Source: Leidyana gryllorum EB-2025a (taxonomy: Eukaryota; Protista; Apicomplexa). Taken from it: DNA of 64,000 nt. A program made the position numbers and the translations under genes. This document shows positions 12,347-25,177 of the stretch, one piece after another (position 1 is the first letter of the stretch; every line of letters begins with the position of its first letter). Under the pieces are notes generated by a model. That model was not told the DNA's origin and made no database searches. It saw nothing but the letters and a program-made list of their open reading frames with translations. Where the stretch lies: contig JBLWGC010000133.1 of assembly GCA_048772705.1 (NCBI GenBank), positions 62,001-126,000 on the forward strand. The letters run 5' to 3'.

Positions 12347-14198
12347 CTAGTGCGGAATCAGCTTGCCTATAACGACTACAGCGGTGCCTGTGTACCCAAT
12401 CTGGAAACAAGAATGTTTGTCTGGGAGGGGGGGAACTTTCGAAGCGCTCACCACACCAACAATCCACAGAAGTGCGGTGGTATATCGAAAATCCAATCGA
12501 CTCCACTTTGAGAACTTTTCGTCAGGGTATGCTGGTATGCTGGCAGAGGAATACGTTGGTGTCGAAGAGGTTGTGGATGTCAAAGAGCTGGAACTTTGAG
12601 CTTTCATGAGTATTGCTTTGCCATCCAGCCTTCGGGTTGTGTAACGACTTCTGAGAAGGGCAGGCAACGCACACATCAAAGTCGTAGTGCCGATTCCTCC
12701 AACTATCGACAATAAAGTCGCCACCTACGGGAGAGGGGATTGTAAATCTGAGGGGGGACAGGCGACCCCACCTGGTTAGTCACTAGAGCGCACAGTGTTG
12801 AAACGCCAATCAGGATGACAGTGGCCAAGGTTAGAGTGTGTCGGTGGATTTCAATTGACGCAAAACAGCCCGAACCTCGTTTACGGCGCCATAGTTCGAC
12901 CATGGAGGTCGAAATCGCGATGAATTGGTATGGAGCCACAGCTAACTGTCAGAAAGGAGACATGCCACACACACGAAGTCCGCGCAAATCTGATTGAACT
13001 CACCAAGGTGATAGAGAGTACGATCCGGAGGATCAGAACCGGTGGGGCATCGACTGGCAGATCCATTGTGAAGTTTTGGCTGACGTTTCGGACATCTTGA
13101 AGATTCCCGACAACGACGCAGCCTGCTATTGATACCAACAAATAGAATATTAATAAGCCACCATGTGACAATGTGAGGCTGGAAATGAGGCATTGGCGGC
13201 TCATTCGGGGAGAATCCTTGATCAATGGGATAACATTGGAGTGCATCATTGTTGCGAACAAGAAGATGTTTAACGCCTCGACCAGGCGAAATGTCGGTTT
13301 GACCTCCAAGAGCGCCCAGAAGGTCAGTTTGGCCGAGTCCCAAGAACTATAGGTGAACATCTGCAGGAGTGAGTGATTTTGAATGAAAATGGTGGATGTG
13401 GGGCTGCCATCGGTCAGAGTTCAGGAACTCACCATATAGCAAATGCAAAGGAAAGCACAGGTTAGGCCAACCACTGGGATGGCCGAGAGCCATGCGATGG
13501 CTGACAAGTCGCATATTGAACATAAGAAAGTACAGAGGCAGCCGGAAACCACCACAATGGCGGTACGGCTAAATATGATTCGTGTCAATGTATCAGAGAT
13601 CCACATGTGAGCGAGATTTCGAAGTGGTGGTCCAGCAAAGTCAGCCAGAAAGATCTGCGGATGTATTGGGTATGAACGACAGTTCCGCATACTCGCGAGC
13701 TCGCTCACCAGAAAGGAGATTGCTACTCCAAACCCATTGAATATTATAATTCCTTCACAGATCTCAGCCCATCGTCTTCCCAGAACTCTACGTACCAAAT
13801 CCGGCAGCGTGGCTGATTGAACTGTTTGAGGAGTGCCAAGCTTCGCTACTTACTTGGACATGTTGAGGGGAGTGCGCGATCGGTCCAGGATTTGGCATCG
13901 ATCTTGGCTTGAGCTAGAATTAGTGCGGCTCGCGCACTGAGCCAAGTGGACATCACCAGAAAGGCCAATGCGACGGGTGCTCCTGATTTGGGGGATGGAA
14001 AAGTGCTCTGGACCTCAAAGTTGGCTCACCTGCTCGGGAGGTCGCATAGGGTAGTGTGAGGAAGCCCGGTCCGATTGCCGATAGAGCAAAGTGTAATGCC
14101 AGGGAGGGGATGGTCTGAGGTTCATTGACAGGTTTCTTTGATTGCTGTCCGCCTGGGCGATCAGCCACCCCATCCAGGATTTGTACGTAGTTGTCCAT
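12347..14198 (-). CDS. Amino-acid transporter, Aa_trans (SLC38/AVT-like) family, multi-exon
   Basis: SAIGPGFLTLPYATSRAG, IIFNGFGVAISFL, LFATMMHSNVIPL and many TM segments across ORFs 13953-14198, 13421-13798, 12881-13360, 12703-12939 and 12347-12724. Confidence 0.87.
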
Positions 14199-14251
14199 AA
14201 AGGAGGCGACTATAGACTAACGGGCGTGTAGTTTTCTCTATACTCAGAAAT

Positions 14252-15867
14252 CTAATGGCCGGGCGGTCTCATGGATCCTCGAGGCTGCAGCTGTTGGCCC
14301 TCCACCCGAGTCGGACTGGCCAAAGCGTTTTCTCGTACAGCATCGCGAGAGTATGGGGTCGCCTGTTGCGACACGCCGAACAGTCGCTTAAGCCGTTCCC
14401 CGTAAGCTCTCCACAGGATGTAGAGCATTCCCAGCACAGTCAACACACAGCAAACAGCCACTATTGCGGCCATCACGCCGTTGACCTTCCATTCTGAATA
14501 AACTACATCTTCTTCCACGTCTTGTAACTCCAGGTCGTCAGCTGGAACACACATCGGCTCGGCTCGGCTCTGTCTCGGTCAGGAGGGCACTTACCTCGTG
14601 TATAGCCGCACTGTTTCGGCATATAGTACGCTACGTAGAAGGCAGGGTCGTTCGCGGTTTCATCGTAGACATTGTCTGCTGATGTGCAGCCATTAGGTGC
14701 CAGAGTCCAAATATAGGCCATCTCCCCATTAGGCCACGCCTCATCCACCACCGCCCGCAACAGCACCAACACACCGGGTTGATTCACCACCATTGGGAAG
14801 AACGCTGGTTTCATACATTGTGACTTGAGGTTGAGTCGAGTGACGCCGTGGGAGTGAGGCAGAAACTCGTTCGGAGCCTGGAGTGTGGATGGGGGCGGCC
14901 ATTCATTTGGGGGACGACGCACCAGTTGATGGACTTCGAGGGTCGCACTCGTTAGCGGGAGGGCTGAATCAGACGAATTGCTCCAAGCGATAATGTCGAT
15001 GGTGTGCGGGGCGGTTGCTCCGCTCGATGATTGTTGCTCCACAAAGTACTTCCCGTCCTTGAACATCAGATCGACTGAGCGCTGTGACATCCCCTAAATG
15101 GTGGAACACTGTGTTAGCAACAGCCAGAGGTCTCGCATCCGCCCCCCCCCCCATCTTCACACACCTGCACAAACACGAATGGAGGTCCCTCGTCGAATTG
15201 GAAATGTTCAGTGTTGCCGTGGAAATACGGGGGCGGGAACACGACTTCCGTTCGTTCGGCTGCCTCAATCTCCATTGCTGTCAGATAGTAGTAGTGTTGA
15301 AGGTGGCGTTGTCAGCCCACCAACGAGAGTGTTGCCCACACCATATGTGTAAGCTCCCGGGGAGACTACCTACACAGATATGCCCCGTCTTCCCCCGTGC
15401 GAGAGAATATTACCATCAAGAAGACGTCTGCGACCTCTTGAGACGTTGACGAAGTGCCCGGACCTGATAGAGTGAGCATCCGTTGTACCGAATTGAAGCT
15501 GAGGCAACAGATTCGAACCAACCTGAAGGATCATTGGTATCAGTTGCCCCGGTTGGCGCCCCTGTACTCGAGCGCGGGCAACTGGCGATGGTGCGTTGGA
15601 TGGTTAAGGTCTTCTTGTCAGTCCATTCGGTTCTCAATATATAGGAAGCTAAGGGTTTGGCCAGGCCTGCTACGACAACCTTTGTTGCTCCAATGGGTGT
15701 CAATACAGTCTGGCCTCCTTACAGGTCGAGGATCCTCGTCAAACGTTAGTACGTATGGCTCGAGGCCCACTAATCGGACTTGTACAATCCGAAGGGGATG
15801 CTTAGTTTGATTGACCGACGAAACTCTCTGCTCAGCTTACTTGGTTCAAAACACGAGAAGTACTCAT
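14252..15867 (-). CDS. Hypothetical single-pass membrane protein with Cys-containing ectodomain and short cytoplasmic tail; 5' end uncertain
   Basis: ORFs 15416-15703, 14503-15090 and 14252-14554 are separated by intron-like GT..AG gaps; C-terminal TM VMAAIVAVCCVLTVLGMLYILW followed by RAYGERLKR. Confidence 0.55.
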
Positions 15868-15877
15868 CTAGGAATTT

Positions 15878-18800
15878 ATGCTGCGATCCGCGTACTCCTC
15901 GAGTGCTGGAGGGTCCTCTTCTGTACCCGGGTCGGAGGATGTACCTGCACTCGAACATTTGACGCAAAGCACATTGAATGGGGGTCCTGAAGCTGCAGCT
16001 CTGGTGGGATCATTGAGAGTCGAGGGAGAGAATGAAGCTATCTTTGTCGCCGCCAAAGAGGCCGGCTTCCACATGAGACGCTCCATAGTGAGTGGTGTGC
16101 GGGAAACGTGCATCCCTCCGATCGACCGACCTTTGACACACAGGAAGACGAGAATCTAAGAGAAGCTCTGAGACATGCGACAACGTTGTTGTGGGAGCTG
16201 AGAGTACCCAATCTGAGCCATCTGCACTACTTTGGGCTCTGTAAGTCGACGAGTTGAATTGAATCCCTCTCTCAAGTATCTCCTCTTCCTCTTCTCCTCC
16301 AGGGTGCGCCGTAGTAGCTGAACTGAGCAAACTGGACGCTTTCTTCGGCCAGCCCAACTTCCGGTTCGCGGGGCGCTTCCGCGATCTCTATGAGACTGTG
16401 CAGCACGCTGGTAACGCAGTTCCGAGGGCGTATTTGATGATTTTGGTCGGTGAGTCAGTCGACTTTCCTTTTCCGCCCACATATACATCTCCATCCCTCA
16501 CTCACAGCTAAACAGCTTGTTGGGTCCGGTGAAGAGCCAACGCACAATGTCCTCGCCGATCTGTTGCGGACAATGAAGATTGTACAGCACCCTTTGCGTG
16601 GACTCTACGTCAGACACTTTATGGTCAAGTTCCTTAGCGATCGCATAGCGGAAGCGGTAGCGCCTCTGAGTGCGAAACGCAAAAAGCTGTCCAAATCCCA
16701 ACCTCCTCCCGCTGACCATATTGGAACCGTACCGACCGAAGATGAAGCGACTACTCTGGCCACCTCGGCTCCGCCCGACATATCCTGTGACCCTCCCCAG
16801 AACGCCGCCGCCAAGTCAGAGGGCTTCGGAACTGAGCAGCAGCCGGCCTCACCACCAGCGACAGTGATCAAAGATCTCAGTTTACAGGATGCATTCGAGT
16901 TCTATATGGGTGTTATCGAAGCGGTCAACAAACTGCTCACCCGACTGGGATACCTTCAAGGCGGCGGACAAGGAGGCCGAGAGGCCCGCCGAGAACACGC
17001 CTTTGTTTTGAGGCTCACAGTCGAGAAGATGGCAGCCCTCCCGGGAATGAATCTCCAGTTCTTCAGTGACGTCGTCTGTCCCCGATATTTGGGGCTCATC
17101 GACACTTTACAAGACCCCCAATCTCAGGAACTGTTGTTCCAATGTCTCATCCAATGTGAGCGAGTGGTCGCCGTCTCCCGCACATCTCTGTGTCTCAGCA
17201 TTCCCCCCCGAGCTCTTGCTGATCCGGCTGGGCAACTTGGTAATGTGTATGTTTCAATCACGAATGCTGGGTGAGTCGGGGATGGAACACTTTGCTGAAT
17301 GATCCGCCCGCGCGTAATATCAGAACTCGACGGTCCTTTCAAAGAACTGAAGCTCCGATTCAGCAATATTGATGAACTGCTGGAGGGACGAGAGTGAGTC
17401 ATTCATTCTCGCCAACCCCAACTACGTTCCAAAAATCAGAGAGGAACTCGAACTCCCCCCCACCGCAATCTCAGTCATCACGGATCAAATGACCGATTTG
17501 GCAAACCAGGCAGTCAATGCTTTGGGCCAATACCTCAGTGATCTTTTGAGGTCCGAATGCATGGCCAGTGTAGTGGCCCCAGGTGATCGATCCCCTATGT
17601 GCTGCTGCTCTCTCTCCACACTCTGTTAACAGCGTTGGTGCGCCACTGGACCGTCTTAGTCAAGTGTATGGGGCTGGTGCTGCCGTTGTGCCTCCCGTCT
17701 CTCAAGATGATTGACCCCCTCCAGAATGTCCTGCGCCATTTCCGCGGAAATCTGCGCGAAATGCTCGACACTGATAACATTTCTGACGCAGCTTTAGATA
17801 TTGTCGATGCAGCCCGCACACCTCGTGATATGACTGATCTCATCACCACGTTGGGCGGTGTTCTTCGCACACTCGTAGCGCACCTGGGAGTTCAGCCTCC
17901 TGTCGCTGAGGTCGTGGCTGAAGTGTTCGGCCACACAAACGAGCCCGAGCACCGATCACAACGTAAGTCCAAAGCGTCAGAAGAGTCAATCTTCCTTCCA
18001 AAGTCGCCACGGCTATCCTGAAGGGTCTGAACAAGACCGAAATCAGAGGACTCGAGACTCCAGATTCCCTCGCCAATGTCCTGGCTATGGCGACACCGTG
18101 GGTTCAATCTCAGGAGGCGGTTCAGCAGCTCGCTGAACTGCCGCATCGCATCACCGGTGAGATCAAACAATGGCAGCCATCACTCAGCTGCTGCTCTCCG
18201 TCAGCTGCGGACGACTGTGATCTCACATTCACTCTGCTGGCATTGATCCGAGCTGCGTGTGATGACCTGCACGCCCACACAGTCAACGCTGCCCCGATTC
18301 TCGGGGCTCTGGTGGATCAGACCTGTGCTACGGCGCGCTCAGTGGGCCGCTTGGAGGCAACGGATTCCTTCTCCGGAGTGTTTAACTCTAAGAGACTGAT
18401 GCAGTTTGTCCACGGAGTGAGTTTGGTTCGCTTCACTTTGCGTCTTTGACTACGTTGGGCACAGTGCTGTACCGTCATGAAGACTTTGCACCCGAGTATG
18501 AGTTTCGGGATGTCTCTCTCGGCCGCAGCAACGGCTGACTTTCTGGATGGCATCCACAAGGCCAAAGGCGACGACTCTTACGAGGCGGCCACATACGAGT
18601 TTATCTCACTGGCCCTCGCTGTCTATGAGGAGACGTATGTGCATAGCCGAGATGAGTACAGCGGTAAGTGAAAGATATCTCGGCGGCGGCGGCGGTATGT
18701 CGGTCTCTCTCTTGTTAGGATTGATGCACCTCTCGGGCTTCCTGCATGACGAAGTGCGAGCAATGGGTACCGCGAATCTGAGTGACATGGCCGCCAGATT

Positions 18801-19255
18801 GTGTACTTACGCCACCAAACTGTTGAGACGGCAGGAGCAGTGTCGAGCAATTCTCAAGTGTTCACATCTCTTCTGGCGAGAACCTCATTTGGTGAGATAT
18901 GGGAGAGAGTGTATCATTTGCACTAAACCTTCCCCACAGCTCCGAGAAGGGCACAGAGTGATGGAATGTTTGCGGCGAGCACTGAGTATTGCGCGAACTG
19001 TCGCCGCGACGGGGCCTATGCACAAGGATTTGCTGATGGAAGTTTACTGGACGGGAAGGTACTTTGTTTCGCAAGGTGTAACTGAGGTGAGCTGAGAAGG
19101 AAAGATCCGTGGGGTGGGATATCGGTTTTAAGGTCGATGGGGCGCTGTTGGGTGAAATGCTGGAAGGATACGATGAGTTGAGAAAGGGTTCGGGGAGCTC
19201 GGGGTGGGTAGAGAAGACTTTGGTGGCTGTCGATGCTGGCATGAAAAAAGAATGA
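15878..19255 (+). CDS. VPS35: Retromer subunit Vps35, multi-exon
   Basis: FHMRRSI|EDENLREALRHATTLLWELR; LYETVQHAGNAVPRAYLMILVG; VQHPLRGLYVRHF; KLLRRQEQCRAILKCSHLFW; RVMECLRRAL. The last exon ends at TGA 19253-19255. Confidence 0.93.
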
Positions 19256-19259
19256 TTGA

Positions 19260-22200
19260 ATGGTAGCGACGGCGAACCCCCGCGGTGGCGTTGACGACGA
19301 AAGCACCGCAACGAGCAGTGTACCGATTCCGGCAGATGTAGTGGGGCGTACGGCTGGCAGTACGACCAATCGATGGCTCAATACCTTCCGTAAAAAGGCC
19401 GGGCTCGACACCTCTCGCCAAAAGGTGTCCCCTCAGAATCTCTTCCTCTCACATTCTGACACTGGACTATCCGATTTCGGGGGAGAGGATCAACTACCCA
19501 TCATCAATGTCGAAGACTTTAGCAGACCCCCCACAGGGCTCCTCACATCGCAGGTCTCATGCGAAGAAGAACAAGGACACCTGCAGGATATCTTAGATGA
19601 GCTCAAGTACGTCACACCACACCCTCTCTTGTCCCCAGCGCTGCGACGAAAGCTGAACCCCCCCGAAAGCTGAACCCCTCCGAATGGTGAACTCCCCAGA
19701 AAGCTGAACCCCTCCGAATCCTAAACTCCCTCAACCCCAATCCTCCGCCACTCCCCCTTCGCGATATGACCGCTCGCTGCATCGTCGACCCCATTGCTGC
19801 AGGCAAATGGATGAATACTTTTCAAATGTGGACTTGGATCACGCGGGTGCCAAGTTACTCGACCGGTGAGGGGCAAATTGAAGTTGGATCCCACTCTCTC
19901 CTCCCCAGCGACAACATGGATTTTCTCTGTCAAGCGTCTTTGGATTGCCCCCACGTGCCGACATTTGCCAACATCTACGCCAACTTTAGTGCAGTTATGC
20001 CTCTGTAAGATGCCTTATTCTCTCAGTGAGCGTACGCCCCCTCCTCTGTATATCTCAGGCCGCGACAAGAAGTGGTCGAGCGAGATCGGGAGGCCGAGGA
20101 ACAGGCCATGCTGGCCGAGTTCCTGGCTGAGGCCAACGCGGAAGAGTCCGATCCCGACCCCGACCCGGAACCTGAAGACGCCATTGGAGTCGATCCAACC
20201 AACGAAGACGACTCTGATCAGCTTCTGGTTCAACAGGGTGTGGCTACGGAAGATGAGAATCCGCCATATGAGGAGGAGGAGGTTTGCTCGTCTCCGCTTG
20301 TCTCGTTCAACGAGACCCTCAGTACTCCCAAGTCAGAGACAGAGGACCATCAAAGTCATGTTGCCCCAAGCCCTCATCAGGAGGCAGTGGCCGTAATCCC
20401 CGCTACTGCTATCGCTCCTGAACAATTAGCTCAAGAAGATCAACCTGAACTTCCATCACCGATCCGCGAAGTATTACGAACTACCTCCTCCGCTCGACCC
20501 TCTACCTTGCCCCTCCCCCCTGAACAACAAGAGGTGGAGTCACTGCCACTCACCCAACCTCGCACAGAGGAAGCTCCCACTCCCTCACGAGACGGAAGCT
20601 CAAAACACGTCACTCTCTCACTCCCCCCCTCTCCGTCAGCTGACGAAGTTCCCTCACCTAGAAACATGATGGAGAAATCCCCGCCGCCAGCCATCTTATC
20701 CCGCGTCGAGGAACAATCAGAACACAGTGACAAATCCCCCACCGACGACAACAAATCCCCGACCGACAACACCACGCCATCGTCAGAACCACCCTCGGTG
20801 ACACCGGAAGCATCTGCTCCTTTGACCTCAGCCGAAGAGGAAAGTCGAGAGACACCCGTTGTCGAGGTGTCGGCAGTCCAAGTAGAGCCGTCTCCAGTCA
20901 GTGACACTCTCGCCGAGGCCAAAGAGTCTGTCGACCCAGTGGAGACGGCTGTCGAGCAACCCGAGACGGCTGTCGAGCAACCCGAGACGGCTGTCGAGCA
21001 ACCTGAGACGGCTGTCGAGCAACCAGAGACGGCTGCTGTCGAGCAACCCGAGACCGCGGCTGTCGAGCAACCCGAGACCGCGGCTGTCGAGCAACCCGAG
21101 ACCGCGGCTGTCGATGTACCGAGTTCGCCTGCTGAGCCTTTAGAATTGCCGGAAATGGCAGCAAACGTCGACGAGTCCACATCTCCTTCACTCAATGAAA
21201 ACGTGGTCGAGCCGGCCGGTGAGGAGAGTGAGCCTCCGGACCAGAATCCGCCACCAGAGCCACAAGCGTCTATACCCACCACCACCGTAGACGAGGTAAA
21301 AGACGCGACACCAGTGACTGTGATGCGATTCACTCAATCTATCTCCAACCCGCCGACCGCCGCGGCCACAGAAGAGTTTGACACCAAACAGGAATTGGAG
21401 CCGGTGTCGCCTCCTGGAGTGTCGCCGGCGTCTCCTTCGACTGCAGCACCACCTCCATCAGCCTCTCCACGTATGCGGGTTGAATTGAGAAAGTCTGACT
21501 CGGAAGGACTGATGATGACAGGAAGTGGAGAGTCTGGAGTGATTAGTAAAGCACCGCCATTGAGAATGGAGACAACTGGCGAAGACGAAAGCTGTATGAC
21601 GGAGCGGTCATTGGGGACTCCCATTCCACAGGGAGTGTCTATTCAGATTCCAGTGTATGAACCCGTTGTGGCGAGCACTCCGTCCGGCCACGGCGATAAG
21701 GTGCCGAGCCTGAGCTCGTTGACGATTTGTGGTTCGGTGTTGGCCGCTGCTGAGGCAGGATTTCACATTTCGTCTCCGCGATGGGGTCCGTCTCTGATAC
21801 ACTGTGACGAGAGCAGCGATGTTCAGAGGTTTTGTGTCCGAGTGCCTCTGGAGACCACTTTGGATGCGAGACAGTGCTGGTTTATGTCAGCTTTATTGGC
21901 AAATGAGCGGGACGTGGACATGGGGGATCGGGACGAGTCGCGATGGAGCGAGTTACATCAAATGCTCTCGGTGAAGATGTCTGTGGCCTACGGCGGTCTG
22001 GTTGAGGCCAAAACAGATCACACTCTGTCCCTTCGACGGCGTCACTCGTGTCCGTGCAACAGCGCATCCGTGATGGCTTGGGCGCATCAAGTGTTGCAGG
22101 TTGACGATGACGCTTTGCGGTCGCAGAAGAACGCCTTTTCGCGTCGTATCCGGACTCAAACCGAGAAATCTAATTGGAGAGATGGATTTGAGGCCCACCA

Positions 22201-23089
22201 TCGCGTCACATTCGGACAGTGGAGTCTGAAGCCGTAAGTGGCTGAGTTGCCTTTGAGGTAATGATCTAATGACACCTCTGCAGAAATCGATCTGATCCCT
22301 ACTCGCCGACGGCGGCGCAAAGTCCTCTGGATCAGGTCCAATTGAGACAGTGAGTTTGATTTATTCGTCGGATTGAAGGTGACATTGCGACAGAGGCGAG
22401 CGCCCAACTCGTTTGGATCACGCGGCGTATCACAAGGAAACCGAGAGGAAGTTCCAGGAACAGTTACAGGCGGTACGCCAGCGGATGAGATCATCGAGTT
22501 CCAGGCGGATGGGGTCCGCTACCAGGTGAGTGATGGAGGGTATCAGAACGTTGTTCACTTCGCTCAGGAGTCCGCCAGCGCCGCCAAAACAAGTCCAAAT
22601 GGCTCCGAGTGCCGCCAAGAAGGTGATTCCTGCGCCCGAAACTCCTGGCCCCACTACCACCAAGATATCGCGTGTTCAAGCACCAGAATTCAAAACATCG
22701 CCTTTGCCGCCCAAACGACTACCGCCAGCACGGCCTGATCCGAATGCGGCCCCCGCAGAGAAAGTGACAGACTTCCGTCACGTGTTGCGCAAGTGAGTAT
22801 CTGTTGGTCTGCGGCCATGTTTGTGTTGCCTCCTTTGCAGAACTGGTCGTCTGGAGAAGTTGGCGCAGCGGGGGGCGCCCAAAGCGCAAGACACCGGTCC
22901 CACGGGAGGGGCCATCTTAGAACATCGAGCCATGAAGCCTTCGGACGCGGTGAGAGGTTAAGGGTGGTTGGCTGTGTGATCATTGTTGGTCAGAGGAACA
23001 TGTTCGAACGGAAAGCTCGAGAGACTGAGGGAGACGAGCCTTCAGCAGAGTGGTTCCTGCGACAGGTTAGCAAGTATCAGAAGGCCTAA
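19260..23089 (+). CDS. Large acidic/Pro-rich protein with tandem repeats and C-terminal DFRHVLRKT motif (candidate actin-binding protein); linkage of the 19260 exon is uncertain
   Basis: ORFs 19766-20008 and 20072-22237 plus four downstream exons splice in phase to TAA 23087-23089. The link across the minisatellite at 19648-19732 is ambiguous. Confidence 0.65.
19648..19732 (+). repeat. 17-nt minisatellite, 5 imperfect units (GAAAGCTGAACCCCYCC)
   Basis: Units start at 19648, 19665, 19682, 19699 and 19716. Confidence 0.85.
20942..21114 (+). repeat. Coding tandem repeat: 4 x 21 nt (ETAVEQP) followed by about 3.7 x 24 nt (ETAAVEQP)
   Basis: GAGACGGCTGTCGAGCAACCC units, then GAGACCGCGGCTGTCGAGCAACCC-type units. 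Confidence 0.95.
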
Positions 23090-23138
23090 GAGAAGTTTTT
23101 GGTTCTAAAGTTTCCCCTGGCTTGCACCTGCACCCCCC

Positions 23139-25097
23139 ATGTATGACTCCCCTCAACAAAAGTCCGAACGTCCTACCAGTGCTAGTTCCAGTGGGCACAA
23201 GAAAGCTATAACTAGGCAAGACTCCGATAGTTCATATGAGGAACTGAAGAGTGCGCCTTTTTCCCCCCAAAGGTCTCGGACACAGGCAGCAGCCACAAGC
23301 GGTAGTACATCCTTCTCTCGTATCTACCCGCCCGCTGCCGATATCAAAGCGACTGTTTTCCTATTTGTCAATCCAACATCGGGAGGAAATGCGGCCGCCG
23401 CTTTCACCAAGGCTGGACTCGCAAACGCAGTTCTGCGTAACCCAAATGTAGAACTGTATGTTGCGGACATACGCGATGGAAGTTCCGGAGACAAACCGGC
23501 TTTCCTGCAGCTGCGCGAAGTGGTACGCCCATACGCAACCCCAAAGCGACGCCATGTCTCTTTCTAGGTACAAAGGGCACAGCCTACCGATCGTATAATC
23601 GCTGTCATGGCTGGCGGAGACGGCACAGTGCTGTGGGGAATCAGTGAAATCTGGGAACACGGAATCGATGACTCTAAGCTCGTAGTTGGTGTCATCCCCT
23701 ATGGAACAGGTGAGCTCGAAACTTATCACTTCCAAGTTCAAAGTGTTGTGGAGCGGAGTGTTATACCCTGTGTGTGTGTGTGTGGGGGTGTGTGTTTGGA
23801 ATGTTATACCTCCAATGCCGCCCCCCCCCAAAGGTGTCTCTATCTCCACGTCTCCCCACTCTCTGTTCGTCTCTTTGCTAAATCGCGTGCGTCGTTTCAG
23901 GGAATGATTTTGCGCGGGCATTGGAATGGTCCCAGTTCAACGCACTGAATCCGTTCAGTCAAGACATGTTGGCGTTGAAGGGGCTGGCGCAGGAGTGGTT
24001 GGACGCTCCGGTAATTCTTCACGATCTCTGGGATGTTACTGTGACGGTCAAATCGAGGGGCAGCTTCAAGAAGATCGATAGTAAGAGTCGAGATAAGAAG
24101 GTGCTGGTGGACTCGGAGGGTCGGCCCCAGAAATCATTGAAGCGGAAGATCTGCAATTACTTTTCGTGAGCGATCGATTTCACACAACAACGGGCCCCTT
24201 ATGTCTCGCAGACTTGGCATAGAATCGCGAATCGGAATTGGTTTTGACAGACATCGGAGTACGAACGCTGTCCGGAACAAGATGGTCTACGTGCAGGAGG
24301 GCGTCAAAAAGACGTTCCTCCACCACAGAATTGAAGTTAACAAATTGATTAGACGTATGGTGACTTATGACGAAGGAAGTGAGTACAAGCGATCTTCTGC
24401 CCCAAACAAATCTCGCGCGCCCTCCACAGAGAACAACGCTGTTGTGGTCTTCGACAACGACGACCCCAAAGCTCGGCACTTGTATCGTAAGTGACCTTTG
24501 ATCGGCGGGTTGTAGGAATAAATCGCCGCCGCAGGGTGCGGGAGTTTGATCGCAAGCAATATCCCCTCATTCTCCTCCGGTCTGGATTTATGGCGCCACG
24601 CGGGCCGTCTCGGTCTAAAGGCTGATAACATCAAAGAGGACGTAAGCTACGATCACTACAGGAGGTGCAACCCGCTTTTCAACAGCCTGATATCAAAGAG
24701 CTCTTGTCGGCTCAACAGTATATGGGCGATGGAAAGATTGAATGGGTATCCTTCAGCGGGATACCCACGCTGGGCACAGAACAGGTGAGCCCGCGCGCAC
24801 ACGCACACACACACACCTTCTTATGGCAGCTGGTGGAGGGTTTGGGGAAACGTGTTCATCAGGGGGCGGGGCCCTTCGAGTTGGAGTTTTACGATTTGGA
24901 AGAAAATCATCGCGTATACTTCCAGATTGACGGCGAATTTTACCAGATGACTCGCCCTGACAGGTGGGTGTTACCAGGCGGCATTGAGGGGTCGAACGGT
25001 TTTCTATGGCAGGATCGTCATCAGTCACTTTAAAAAGGTGTCGTGCTTGGCTAACAAGGAACGAAAGGGCGCCTGTATACGGAGTGATTCAGCATGA
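23139..25097 (+). CDS. Diacylglycerol kinase (catalytic plus accessory domain), multi-exon
   Basis: FLFVNPTSGG, AGGDGTVLW, VIPYGT|GNDFARAL, NYFS|LGIES, NIPSFSSGLDLW, QYMGDGKIE, YFQIDGEF. Confidence 0.92.
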
Positions 25098-25177
25098 ATA
25101 GTTGGGGGGTGCAAGTTGCACTCAGTGAGCCTATAAACGGAACAACTGTGTGATCTGTAGCAGAAGGCTGAGTCCCA

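Noticed and set aside
19688-19690. In-frame TGA as selenocysteine or readthrough
   Set aside because: It lies in a minisatellite where every unit has a stop triplet; there is no redox motif or visible SECIS.
20942-21114. CRISPR-like direct repeats (also 42928-43041)
   Set aside because: No spacers, in-frame coding VNTRs, eukaryotic context and no cas genes.
20440-21333. Long antisense ORFs (for example 20440-21333, 10337-11227, 6964-7686)
   Set aside because: They are shadows of GC-rich, low-complexity coding sequence (antisense or alternative frame) with no independent motifs.
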